DNA of 64,000 nt from Elusimicrobiales bacterium (GTDB lineage Bacteria; Elusimicrobiota; Elusimicrobia; Elusimicrobiales; UBA9959). The notes below the pieces were generated by a model. The model saw only the letters and a program-made list of their open reading frames with translations, searched no databases and was not told the DNA's origin. The stretch spans positions 539,346 through 603,345 of the forward strand of contig JBFXJL010000001.1 of NCBI GenBank assembly GCA_050174915.1, in the 5' to 3' direction. The position numbers and the translations under genes are program-made. Shown here piece by piece: positions 7,991-16,253 of the stretch (position 1 is its first letter; each line of letters starts with the position of its first letter).

Positions 7991-9385
7991 TCAGCCGGCG
8001 GACATGCCGCGCGCCGTCATGATGATGACGAAGAGTATGGCGAGCGGGCAGACATAGCGTATGAGGAAGCTCCAGAGGCGGGCGCCGGGGAAACAATTCC
8101 CTTCGGCGCTCAGCTCGGCCACGGCCTTATCGGCCCCCCAGACCCAGCCGACGAAGACCGAGATCAGCAGGCCGCCCACAGGCAGCGCCCAGTTGTTCCA
8201 GACGGTAGCCATCAGCGTCAGGAAGTCCATGCCGGTACCGGGAACCTTGGTCAGCCAGGGCACCGCGCCCTGCGAAAGTATGGACGGGACCGCCATCACG
8301 GCCACCAGGGCGGCCATCAGCAGCACGGCCTTGCGGCGGCACCAGCCGCGGTCCACCAGGGCCGCCGTGGGCACCTCCAGAAGCGAGATGGCGCTGGTCA
8401 GCGCGGCCAGGGTGAGCAGCACGAAGAAGGCCGCCCCGAACAGCGCGCCGCCGGGCATTGAGCCGAAGAGGCTGGGCAGCACGGCGAAGATCAGCCCTGG
8501 GCCGCCTTCGGCCGGGTTGAAGCCGACTATGGAGAAACCCGCCGGAAAAACCACGAAGCCGGCCAGCAGCGCCACGCAGGTATCGAGCCCCGCCACCCAG
8601 CCGGCGGAGGTGACGCCGTTGGTCTTCTTGGACAGGTAGCTGCCGTAGGTTATCATGGCGCCCATACCGAGGCTCAGCGAGAAGAAAGCCTGGCCCAGCG
8701 CCGCGTTGAGGACGGAGATATTGGCGATCTCCTTGAAGTCCGGCTTGAGGTAGTAGGCCAGGCCCTCGGCCGCGCCCGGCAGGAACAGGGCGCGCACGCC
8801 CAGCAGGATCAGCAGCAGGAAAAGCGCCGGCATCATCACCTTGGAGGCTTTCTCTATGCCCTCGCGTACGCCGCCCAGTATAATGCCCGCCGTGATGATC
8901 AGCACGCCGAAGGAAAGCGCCACGTTCTTCCCCCCGTCGGCCACGAAGGCGCCGAAGAAAGCCCCGGGGTTCTGCCCGGCCGCGCCGGTGAGCGAGTACC
9001 AGACGTAGGCCAGCGTCCAGCCGGCGATGACGCTGTAGAAGGAGAGTATGCCGACGCCGGCCACCACGCCCAGCGCGCCCACCAGCCACCAGGGGGTGCC
9101 GGGTTTTGTAACCTGGAAAGCCCCTATCGGATCGCGCGCGGAAGCCCGCCCCAGCGCCAGTTCGGCCACCAGGATAGGGAAGCAGACGAAGACCACGCAG
9201 GCCAGGTACAGCAGCACGAAGACCGCGCCGCCGCCCTTGCCCACCTGCATGGGGAAGCCCCAGATATTGCCCAGCCCGACGGCGGAGCCCGCCGCGGCCA
9301 TGATAAAGCCGAAACTGGAGCCCCAGGAACCGCGGCCGGCGTCACCGGCGGAAACGCACGCTTTTTCGGTAAGGTTTGAAGCCAT
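7991..9385 (-). CDS. sodium-dependent transporter, neurotransmitter:sodium symporter (NSS/SNF) family
   Basis: 464 aa. NSS signature GFIMAAAGSAVGLGNIWGFP. Polytopic. Lies 41 nt upstream of the AGCS gene and is probably co-transcribed with it. Confidence 0.85.
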   Translation of the reverse strand: MASNLTEKACVSAGDAGRGSWGSSFGFIMAAAGSAVGLGNIWGFPMQVGKGGGAVFVLLYLACVVFVCFPILVAELALGRASARDPIGAFQVTKPGTPWWLVGALGVVAGVGILSFYSVIAGWTLAYVWYSLTGAAGQNPGAFFGAFVADGGKNVALSFGVLIITAGIILGGVREGIEKASKVMMPALFLLLILLGVRALFLPGAAEGLAYYLKPDFKEIANISVLNAALGQAFFSLSLGMGAMITYGSYLSKKTNGVTSAGWVAGLDTCVALLAGFVVFPAGFSIVGFNPAEGGPGLIFAVLPSLFGSMPGGALFGAAFFVLLTLAALTSAISLLEVPTAALVDRGWCRRKAVLLMAALVAVMAVPSILSQGAVPWLTKVPGTGMDFLTLMATVWNNWALPVGGLLISVFVGWVWGADKAVAELSAEGNCFPGARLWSFLIRYVCPLAILFVIIMTARGMSAG

Positions 9386-9423
9386 AATGTTTGGTATGGT
9401 ACTAAATTATAATTAAGCGTTAA

Positions 9424-9457
9424 ACGAAAAAGGCCGCCGGTTTTAGCCGGCGGCCTT
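9424..9457 (-). terminator. intrinsic terminator after the P-loop protein gene
   Basis: The minus strand reads GGCCGCCGG CTAAAA CCGGCGGCC followed by TTTTTCGTTT. Confidence 0.7.
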
Positions 9458-9479
9458 TCTCATTTTTTCTGCGCTGCTT

Positions 9480-10463
9480 TTACTTCTTCGCGGCGGCGGA
9501 CATCGAGAACAGCTTGTCCGTGGCGCCCTTGATGCCGTTGGTGACGTCGGCCACCATCTTCGGGTCCCAGTCCTTCTTCTCCACGCGCAGGAAAGAGGTC
9601 TTGTCCACGCGGTTGTCGAAGCGGCCTATGGGCAGGTGGTACTTCACGCCGTCCTTGGCGATGGTGATGGTGCCGGGGACTTCGGAGTTCTTCTCCAGGT
9701 AGTCCATGTCGTCGCAGCCGTAGTCGTTGAGCATCACTTCCATCGGCACGCCGTGGTGCAGGATGGAGCCCGGGTCGTTGGGGTTGGTGCGGGCGGTGTT
9801 CTTGCGGCGGCTCTCCTCGGGGGTCACCCAGACGTAGAGAATGACGGCGCGCTTGAGGATCTCGGCGTCCAGCTCGCGCAGGGAATACTGGTAGCCCAGC
9901 GGGTCCTGCAGCGGGAAGGTCGATTTATCGGGACCGCCGCGGGCGGCCTCGATTACGATGGTCTTGCCCTCGAAGGAGGCGGGATAGGCGGCGTGCTTCT
10001 CGTCGAGCATGGCGCGGGCCTCGGGCTCCAGGGCGGCGGCCACGGTCTTCCAGGTGGCGGCGTCCAGGCCGGCCAGGCGCGGGGCGATCTTGGCCTTCTC
10101 GCCGGCCTTGTCGATGCGCTTCATCAGCAGGTCGGCGGCGGAGTCGGTCTTCACCACGTTCTTACCCATCAGGTCGTGGTAGTCCTCGTTGAGCAGGTGG
10201 ATGAGCGTGCCCCAGTCACGGGTGTCGATGAAAGGGCGGTCGCCGGACTTGAAGAACACGCGGCTCTTGCCCAGCTTCGCCAGCTCGTCGTCGGCGCGGC
10301 GCATCATGTGCACGTACGGGAAATCGTCGAGCTGCAGGTTGGGGCCGATGTGGAACTCTTTCTGGAGCCGCTCGGGCTCCACGTTGGCCAGGAAGCGCCT
10401 GACCTCGGATTTGCCGGAAGCCGGCAGGGCCAGCAGCAGAACTATGTCGAATGTGTCGCTCAT
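9480..10463 (-). CDS. P-loop NTPase/kinase-like protein of unknown function
   Basis: 327 aa. Walker-A-like LALPASGKSE near the N-terminus, loosely reminiscent of 6-phosphofructo-2-kinase-type P-loops (GLPARGKT). No further assignment is possible by eye. Confidence 0.6.
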   Translation of the reverse strand: MSDTFDIVLLLALPASGKSEVRRFLANVEPERLQKEFHIGPNLQLDDFPYVHMMRRADDELAKLGKSRVFFKSGDRPFIDTRDWGTLIHLLNEDYHDLMGKNVVKTDSAADLLMKRIDKAGEKAKIAPRLAGLDAATWKTVAAALEPEARAMLDEKHAAYPASFEGKTIVIEAARGGPDKSTFPLQDPLGYQYSLRELDAEILKRAVILYVWVTPEESRRKNTARTNPNDPGSILHHGVPMEVMLNDYGCDDMDYLEKNSEVPGTITIAKDGVKYHLPIGRFDNRVDKTSFLRVEKKDWDPKMVADVTNGIKGATDKLFSMSAAAKK

Positions 10464-10607
10464 TGTTTCCTCCTATACAGAATATGATGTCTAGATTTTA
10501 AACAATATCGGCCGAAGATTCAAGGAAACTACCGGGGCAACCCCCTTGGAGTCCTGGCCCGTCCAAGCCACCTTACCGCGGCGCCCCGCTTTTTATATAA
10601 TCCCCTT

Positions 10608-11537
10608 ATGACCCCTCTTGAAATAATGTGGATAGTTTTTTCCGTCACCGCTACCGGCCTTTTCGTGGCGGACATCAAGCTCTCGGCCGGCCGCGCCCAC
10701 GAGATAGGCCGCAAAGAAGCCATGCTGCTCTGCGCCTTCTGGATCCTGGTCGCCTCCGTCTTCGGCGTGCTGACCGGCTACATGCTGGGCTTCGACCGCA
10801 TGGTGGAGTTCTTCACGGCCTACACCATAGAGTATTCCCTCTCGATGGACAACATGTTCGTGTTCATCATGATCTTCTCGTACTTCGGCGTGCCAAAAAA
10901 GTACCAGCCGAAGATCCTGACCTGGGGTATCCTGGGCGCGGTATTCATGCGCCTCATCCTGATCTTCGCCGGCGTTGGGCTCATCAACAAGTTCCACTGG
11001 CTCATCTACGTCTTCGGCGGCATCCTCATCCTGACGGCGGTGAAGATGCTGCTGCACAAAGACGGCGATGTGGACCCCGGCAAGAACCCACTGCTCAAAC
11101 TCCTGGGCAAGTTAATGCCCATAGATAAAGAAGCCTCCGGCGGGGACTTTTTCGTAAAGAAAGAGGTCTGGCACGCCACGCCGCTGTTCGCGACCCTGCT
11201 GGTCATCGAGACCACCGACCTGGTCTTCGCGGTGGACTCCATCCCGGCCGTGCTGGCCATCTCGCGCGAGCCTTTCATCGTCTATACCTCCAACGTCTTC
11301 GCCGTGGTCGGCCTGCGCTCGCTGTACTTCCTGCTGGCCTCGGTGATGGACCTGTTCCGTTACCTGAAGTACGGCATCGCCATCATCCTCTTCTATGTAG
11401 GCGTCAAGATGAGCATCTCCGGCTACTACAAGATAGACCCCCTTATCTCGCTGGGCGTGGTGCTGGCCATATTGGCGGGCTCCATACTGCTCTCGGTGCT
11501 CATCAAGAACGAGATAAAAGCTGCCAAGGCGGAATAG
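10608..11537 (+). CDS. TerC-family integral membrane protein
   Basis: 309 aa. TerC blocks YTIEYSLSMDNMFVFIMIF and ETTDLVFAVDSIPAVLAIS are present. Confidence 0.85.
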   Translation: MTPLEIMWIVFSVTATGLFVADIKLSAGRAHEIGRKEAMLLCAFWILVASVFGVLTGYMLGFDRMVEFFTAYTIEYSLSMDNMFVFIMIFSYFGVPKKYQPKILTWGILGAVFMRLILIFAGVGLINKFHWLIYVFGGILILTAVKMLLHKDGDVDPGKNPLLKLLGKLMPIDKEASGGDFFVKKEVWHATPLFATLLVIETTDLVFAVDSIPAVLAISREPFIVYTSNVFAVVGLRSLYFLLASVMDLFRYLKYGIAIILFYVGVKMSISGYYKIDPLISLGVVLAILAGSILLSVLIKNEIKAAKAE

Positions 11538-11557
11538 CCGCTCCGCAGCCCGCAGAA

Positions 11558-11586
11558 AAGCCCCGGTCTGACCGGGGCTTTTTTTG
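11558..11586 (+). terminator. intrinsic terminator after the TerC gene
   Basis: AAGCCCCGG TCTGA CCGGGGCTT followed by TTTTTTG, 20 nt after the TerC stop codon. Confidence 0.8.
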
Positions 11587-11605
11587 TATATTGTTCCAAG
11601 GGGAT

Positions 11606-14254
11606 ATGACGAACACACACACCGCGAAAGATTGGCATAAGCTGGACACCGCCGCCCTTTACAAAGAGCTCGGCACTTCGGCCGAAGGCCTGGCCGCCGC
11701 CGAGGCAGCCCTGCGCCTGGGCAAATACGGCCCCAACGCCCTCAACGAAAAACCCAAGCGCTCGCCGCTGGCCATGTTCGCCGACCAGTTCCGGGACTTC
11801 ATGATCCTGGTGCTGGTGGCCGCCGCCGTGATCTCCGGCGTGATAGGCGAAGTGCTGGACACGGTAATCATCCTGGCCATCGTGCTGCTCAACGCCGTCA
11901 TGGGCTTTTTCCAGGAATACCGCGCCCAAAAGGCAATGGAGGCCTTAAAACGCATGGCCGCCCCGTCGGCTTCGGTGCTGCGCGGCGGTACCCCCGCAGC
12001 CGTGCCGGCGGCATCATTGGTGCCCGGCGACCTGGTGCTGCTGGAAGCCGGCAGCGTTATCCCCGCCGACCTGCGCCTCATCGACTGCGCCTCGCTCAAA
12101 ACGGAAGAGGCCGCGCTCACCGGCGAATCCCTCTCCGTGGAGAAGCACGCCCTGCCCATCCCCGAGGACGGCCTGCCGCTGGGCGACCGGCGCAACATGG
12201 CCTATAGCGGCACTTCCGTTTCCTACGGCCGGGGGCGCGGCATAGTGACGGCCACCGGCATGGCCACGGAGCTCGGCAAGATCGCCGGCCTGCTGCAGGA
12301 CGAGGAGGAAGTGCAGACCCCGCTGCAGCGGCGGCTGACCGCTTTCGGCAAGCGGCTAGCCTGGGGCATACTGGGCATCTGCGCCATCGTCTTCACAGCC
12401 GGCCTGGCGCGCGGCGAACCCCCGGCCCTGATGTTCCTCACGGCGGTCTCGCTGGCCGTCGCGGCCATCCCGGAGGCGCTGCCGGCGGTGATGAGCATAG
12501 CGCTGGCGCTGGGCGCGGCCAAGATGGTCAAGCAGAACGCGCTGGTGCGCAAGCTGCTGGCCGTGGAAACCCTGGGCTCCATAACGCATATCTGTTCCGA
12601 CAAGACCGGCACCCTGACGCAGAACAAAATGACGGCGCAGGAGACCAGCCTCGACGGCGCGCCCCTTAAGGCCGGGGCAGAAGTCCCCCCCGCCCTGCAG
12701 CCCCTGCACGCCGTGCTGCTCAAGGCCGGCGCGCTCAACAACGATTCCCGCCGCGGTCCCGACGGCTGGCTCGGCGACCCCACCGAGACCGCCCTGTGCG
12801 CGCTGGCCGAGGCCGCCGGGCAGGCCAAGGCAAGCCTGGACGCCGCCCACCCGCGCCTGGGCGAGCTGCCTTTCGATTCCGAGCGCAAGATGATGACCAC
12901 GCTGCACTCCGGCGCCCTGGACGAGCGCGGCGGGGCGTACTTCTCCGTCACCAAGGGAGCGGCCGAGAATCTGCTGGAGAATTCATCTTCCTTCCTGGCC
13001 CCCGGCGCCAGCGCCGACGCTCTGCGCGCCGCCGCCGAGGAGATGGCCGCCCGCGGCCTGCGGGTGCTGGGCCTGGCCTACAGGCGCTGGGACGCCCTGC
13101 CGGCTAAAGCCGACCCGGGCGCCGAAAAGGACCTGGTCTTCATCGGCCTCGTCGGCATAGAGGACCCGCCCCGCCCGGAGGCGGCGGCCGCCGTGGCCGA
13201 ATGCGGCGAGGCCGGCATCATACCGGTGATGATAACCGGAGACCACCCGGTGACGGCCCGCAATATCGCCGAGCGGCTGGGCATAGTCAAGCCCGGAGAC
13301 GAGGCGGTCATGCTTACCGGCCGCGAGCTGGAAGCGCTGGACGACGAGGAATTCGCGCGCAGGGTGGAGACGGTGCGGGTTTACGCCCGGGTGGCGCCGG
13401 AGCAGAAGCTGCGCATAGTCAAAATGCTGCAGCAGAACGGCCACTTCGCCGCGATGACCGGCGACGGCGTCAACGACGCCCCGGCCCTCAAGCGCGCCGA
13501 CATCGGCGTGGCCATGGGCATCACCGGCACGGACGTCTCCAAAGAAGCCGCCCACATGATACTGCTCGACGACAATTTCGCCACCATCGTTAAGGCCGTC
13601 AGGGAAGGCCGCCGCATCTACGACAATATCCGGCGCTTTATCCGCTACATCCTCGCCTGTAACTCAGGCGAGATCTGGACCATTTTCCTCGCGCCTTTCC
13701 TGGGCCTGCCCATACCGCTGCTGCCCATACAGATATTGTGGATCAACCTCATCACCGACGGGCTGCCGGGACTGGCGCTAGCCTCCGAGCCGGCCGAACC
13801 GGACATCATGCGGCGCCCCCCCCGCCAGCCCGGCGAGAGCATCTTCGCCGGCGGCCTGGGCAGCCACGTGGTGTGGGTGGGCCTGCTGATAGGCGCCGTC
13901 TGCCTGGCGGCCCAGTACTGGGGCATAAAGACCGGGCGCGACCACTGGCAGACCATAGTGTTCACCGTGCTCTGCCTCAGCCAGCTGGGCCAGGCGCTGG
14001 CCATCCGCTCGGAGAAACGCACGCTCTGGGAGTTGGGGCTGCTGAGCAACCGCCCGCTGCTGGCCGCGGTCTGCCTTACGGCCGGCCTGCAGGGCCTGGT
14101 CATCTACACGCCCTGGCTCAACCGCCTCTTCCGCACCTCGCCGCTCTCGGCCGCAGAGCTGGCCCTGGCGCTGGCCCTTTCCGCCGCAGTGTTCCTGGCC
14201 GTAGAGGCCGAGAAACTGGTGCGGCGCCGCCTTACCGCGGACCGCGCCAAATAA
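11606..14254 (+). CDS. P-type cation-transporting ATPase (P2-type, Ca2+-ATPase-like)
   Basis: Motifs ICSDKTGTLTQNKM (phosphorylation site), MITGDHPVTA and AMTGDGVNDAPALKRADIGVAMG. An N-terminal cation-ATPase domain is present. The start is either ATG 11606 or the TTG at 11591 used by the ORF track. Confidence 0.9.
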   Translation: MTNTHTAKDWHKLDTAALYKELGTSAEGLAAAEAALRLGKYGPNALNEKPKRSPLAMFADQFRDFMILVLVAAAVISGVIGEVLDTVIILAIVLLNAVMGFFQEYRAQKAMEALKRMAAPSASVLRGGTPAAVPAASLVPGDLVLLEAGSVIPADLRLIDCASLKTEEAALTGESLSVEKHALPIPEDGLPLGDRRNMAYSGTSVSYGRGRGIVTATGMATELGKIAGLLQDEEEVQTPLQRRLTAFGKRLAWGILGICAIVFTAGLARGEPPALMFLTAVSLAVAAIPEALPAVMSIALALGAAKMVKQNALVRKLLAVETLGSITHICSDKTGTLTQNKMTAQETSLDGAPLKAGAEVPPALQPLHAVLLKAGALNNDSRRGPDGWLGDPTETALCALAEAAGQAKASLDAAHPRLGELPFDSERKMMTTLHSGALDERGGAYFSVTKGAAENLLENSSSFLAPGASADALRAAAEEMAARGLRVLGLAYRRWDALPAKADPGAEKDLVFIGLVGIEDPPRPEAAAAVAECGEAGIIPVMITGDHPVTARNIAERLGIVKPGDEAVMLTGRELEALDDEEFARRVETVRVYARVAPEQKLRIVKMLQQNGHFAAMTGDGVNDAPALKRADIGVAMGITGTDVSKEAAHMILLDDNFATIVKAVREGRRIYDNIRRFIRYILACNSGEIWTIFLAPFLGLPIPLLPIQILWINLITDGLPGLALASEPAEPDIMRRPPRQPGESIFAGGLGSHVVWVGLLIGAVCLAAQYWGIKTGRDHWQTIVFTVLCLSQLGQALAIRSEKRTLWELGLLSNRPLLAAVCLTAGLQGLVIYTPWLNRLFRTSPLSAAELALALALSAAVFLAVEAEKLVRRRLTADRAK

Positions 14255-14282
14255 AAAAGCCCCGGCTGCCCGGGGCTTTTTT
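14253..14282. terminator. bidirectional intrinsic terminator between convergent ATPase and FKBP genes
   Basis: AAAAAA GCCCCGG CTGC CCGGGGC TTTTTT, with an A-tract and a T-tract flanking a perfect 7-bp GC stem. Confidence 0.8.
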
Positions 14283-14298
14283 CAGGATCTCGGCCGAA

Positions 14299-15057
14299 TT
14301 ATTTCTTAACTTCTTCCTTCTTGGCTTCTTCTTTCTTCGGCTCTTCCTTCTTGGCTTCGGGCTTCATGGCCGGCTTGGGCATAGCCGCGGCCTCTTCCTT
14401 GGGGATCTCGAGCAGTTCCACTTCGAAGACCAGCGTGGCGCCGCCGGGGATGGTGCCGCCCGCGCCCTGGTCGCCGTAAGCGGTGTCGGAGGGGCAGACC
14501 AGCTTGGCCTTGCCGCCCACCTTTATCTTCTGCACGCCCTCGGTCCAGCAGGGGATCACGCCGCCCAGCGGGAACTCGGCCGGCTGGCCGCGCTCCACCG
14601 AGGAGTCGAACACCTTGCCGTCGGGGAAGGTGCCGTGGTAGTGGACCTTCACCATGTCGGAAGCTTTGGGGTAGGCGCCCTTACCGGCCTTGACGGGGAT
14701 AACGATAACGCCGGAGGGCAGCTTCTGCGCGCCTTTCTCCTTGGCCATCTTGGCGAGAAAGGGCTTGGCGGCGTCTTTCTGCTTGGCCACGATGGCTTCC
14801 TGCTTCTTGGCCAGGTAGGCGTTGAGCTTCATGCCGTAGGTCTCGTCGGCCTTGGACTTCTGGCCGGCGAGCGCCTCGGAAAAGCCCTGCACGATGAACT
14901 TGGTCTCGTCGGGGGTGAATTCGAACTGCTTGATCTTGGAGCTGACGGCCTGCCCCAGGAAATAAAGGGTCTTCTGGTCTTCCGTCATCCCGTCGTCCGC
15001 GGCGAAAGCCGGGGCGGCGATCAGACAGGCTATTGCGATTAACATGTTTCTCTTCAT
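14299..15057 (-). CDS. FKBP-type peptidyl-prolyl cis-trans isomerase, exported (FkpA-like)
   Basis: Signal peptide MKRNMLIAIACLIAAPAFA. FKBP core VHYHGTFPDGKVFDSS...GGVIPCWTEG...YGDQGAGGTIPGGATLVFEVELLEI. Unusual Lys/Glu-rich C-terminal tail KPEAKKEEPKKEEAKKEEVKK. Confidence 0.9.
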   Translation of the reverse strand: MKRNMLIAIACLIAAPAFAADDGMTEDQKTLYFLGQAVSSKIKQFEFTPDETKFIVQGFSEALAGQKSKADETYGMKLNAYLAKKQEAIVAKQKDAAKPFLAKMAKEKGAQKLPSGVIVIPVKAGKGAYPKASDMVKVHYHGTFPDGKVFDSSVERGQPAEFPLGGVIPCWTEGVQKIKVGGKAKLVCPSDTAYGDQGAGGTIPGGATLVFEVELLEIPKEEAAAMPKPAMKPEAKKEEPKKEEAKKEEVKK

Positions 15058-15112
15058 GTGGTTATCTCCTCCTGTGTGTCTTGCGATATATTACAAATTT
15101 TGCCGCCCTTCC

Positions 15113-16246
15113 CTAAAGAGAGGCCGGGTATTCAGCGCGGAAGGTGGTGCCTTCCGGACCGGTAGAGAACGAAACCTTCCCCTTGAGGTACCGCTCCGTC
15201 AGCAGCCGTATGCTGTAGGTGCCCAGCCCGCGCCCGGCCCCTTTGGTGGAGAAGGAACGCTGAAAGACCTGCAGGCGGGAATCTTCCGGCATTTGCGAAG
15301 GGTTATGCACGGTGAATACGGCGCCGCTCCCGCTCTTTTTGCAGTTCAGCGTTACGGCGGCCCCCGCCGCTTCGGCTTCCAGCGCGTTCTTGGCCAGGTT
15401 GCCGATCACACGGGCGAGAAGCGTTCTGTCGGTCTGTAGGCGGACGGCTTCGCAATCCGGAGCGACAAATATTTTCTTATTCTTTGCGACCTCGTGCGCG
15501 GCAAACATGGAGGCCACCCCGTTAAGGAAAGCGGGGGCGTCCACCTCCTCGGCCTTTGGCTGAAGCTCGCCGCTCTCGGCGGCGGCCAGGTCCTTTTGCG
15601 AGAGTATCTGCTCCACCAGCCGGTCCGAAGCCGCGGCCGCGGGCTGCACGTAGCTTTTTATCTCTTCGGCGTCCGAGGCTTCCATCAGGCCGAGCAGCCC
15701 CTGCACGCCGCCTGCGGTATTGATAATATCGTGGAAGAAAAGCCGTTCCATCACTTCCCGGCGCTTGTCGCCGCTGATGTCCATCAGCGAAAGCAGCAGA
15801 AATTCCTCGCCTTCGACCTTTAGCGGCTTGGCGCTGACCTCCAGGTCCAGCTCGTCGCCGGCACTGCGTGAGAGGATGCGGCATTCCCTGGCGGCCTGCT
15901 CCCCCTTGAGCGCCTGCTCAAGCGCCTGCGCGGCCCCGCAGCGGCGGCAGGCCTGGGTCGTTCCGCAGCCCCCCTCCGCCTCGGGCGGATGTTTGCAGCC
16001 CACCAGGCTGCCCATCCGGTTGCCTATAAAGTCCGCTATGCCATGAGCGGACAGGAATTCGCGCAGGGGTTTATTGGCGAAAACCGCCTGCCGCTGCCTG
16101 TTAAGCACCAGCACGAAATTCAGCATCCCGTCTAGCATTTCGGCCACCAGCGGGGACGCCTCTATAAGGGCGAGCTGTCGTTTCACTTCCCCGGGAGCGG
16201 CAAGTTCGGCGGGCAGGTAGCTGGTAGGCAGTTTTTCTTCAGGCAT
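15113..16246 (-). CDS. sensor histidine kinase with a Cys4-containing PAS-like input domain
   Basis: H-box FFHDIINTAGGVQGL. HATPase_c blocks IGNLAKNALEA and STKGAGRGLGTYSIRLL. The N-terminal PAS-like region carries CKHPPEAEGGCGTTQACRRC. The start lies 8 nt downstream of the GspE-REC stop, so the two are probably an operon. Confidence 0.8.
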   Translation of the reverse strand: MPEEKLPTSYLPAELAAPGEVKRQLALIEASPLVAEMLDGMLNFVLVLNRQRQAVFANKPLREFLSAHGIADFIGNRMGSLVGCKHPPEAEGGCGTTQACRRCGAAQALEQALKGEQAARECRILSRSAGDELDLEVSAKPLKVEGEEFLLLSLMDISGDKRREVMERLFFHDIINTAGGVQGLLGLMEASDAEEIKSYVQPAAAASDRLVEQILSQKDLAAAESGELQPKAEEVDAPAFLNGVASMFAAHEVAKNKKIFVAPDCEAVRLQTDRTLLARVIGNLAKNALEAEAAGAAVTLNCKKSGSGAVFTVHNPSQMPEDSRLQVFQRSFSTKGAGRGLGTYSIRLLTERYLKGKVSFSTGPEGTTFRAEYPASL

Positions 16247-16253
16247 TTTTTCC

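Noticed and set aside
6360-8057. 565-aa + strand ORF, plus the 397-aa ORF 6448..7641, overlapping the AGCS symporter gene
   Set aside because: The translations are Arg/Gly/His/Ala-rich low-complexity sequence with no motifs, and they lie antisense or out of frame to a gene with a clear family signature. This is a typical high-G+C stop-codon-poor artefact.
10500-10607. Possible yybP-ykoY (Mn2+) riboswitch upstream of the TerC gene
   Set aside because: This riboswitch class often precedes TerC/Alx genes. However, I cannot find the conserved GGGGAGUAG and UUGAGACAU-type blocks, and only a short GC hairpin plus a T-run is present. An Rfam scan would settle it.
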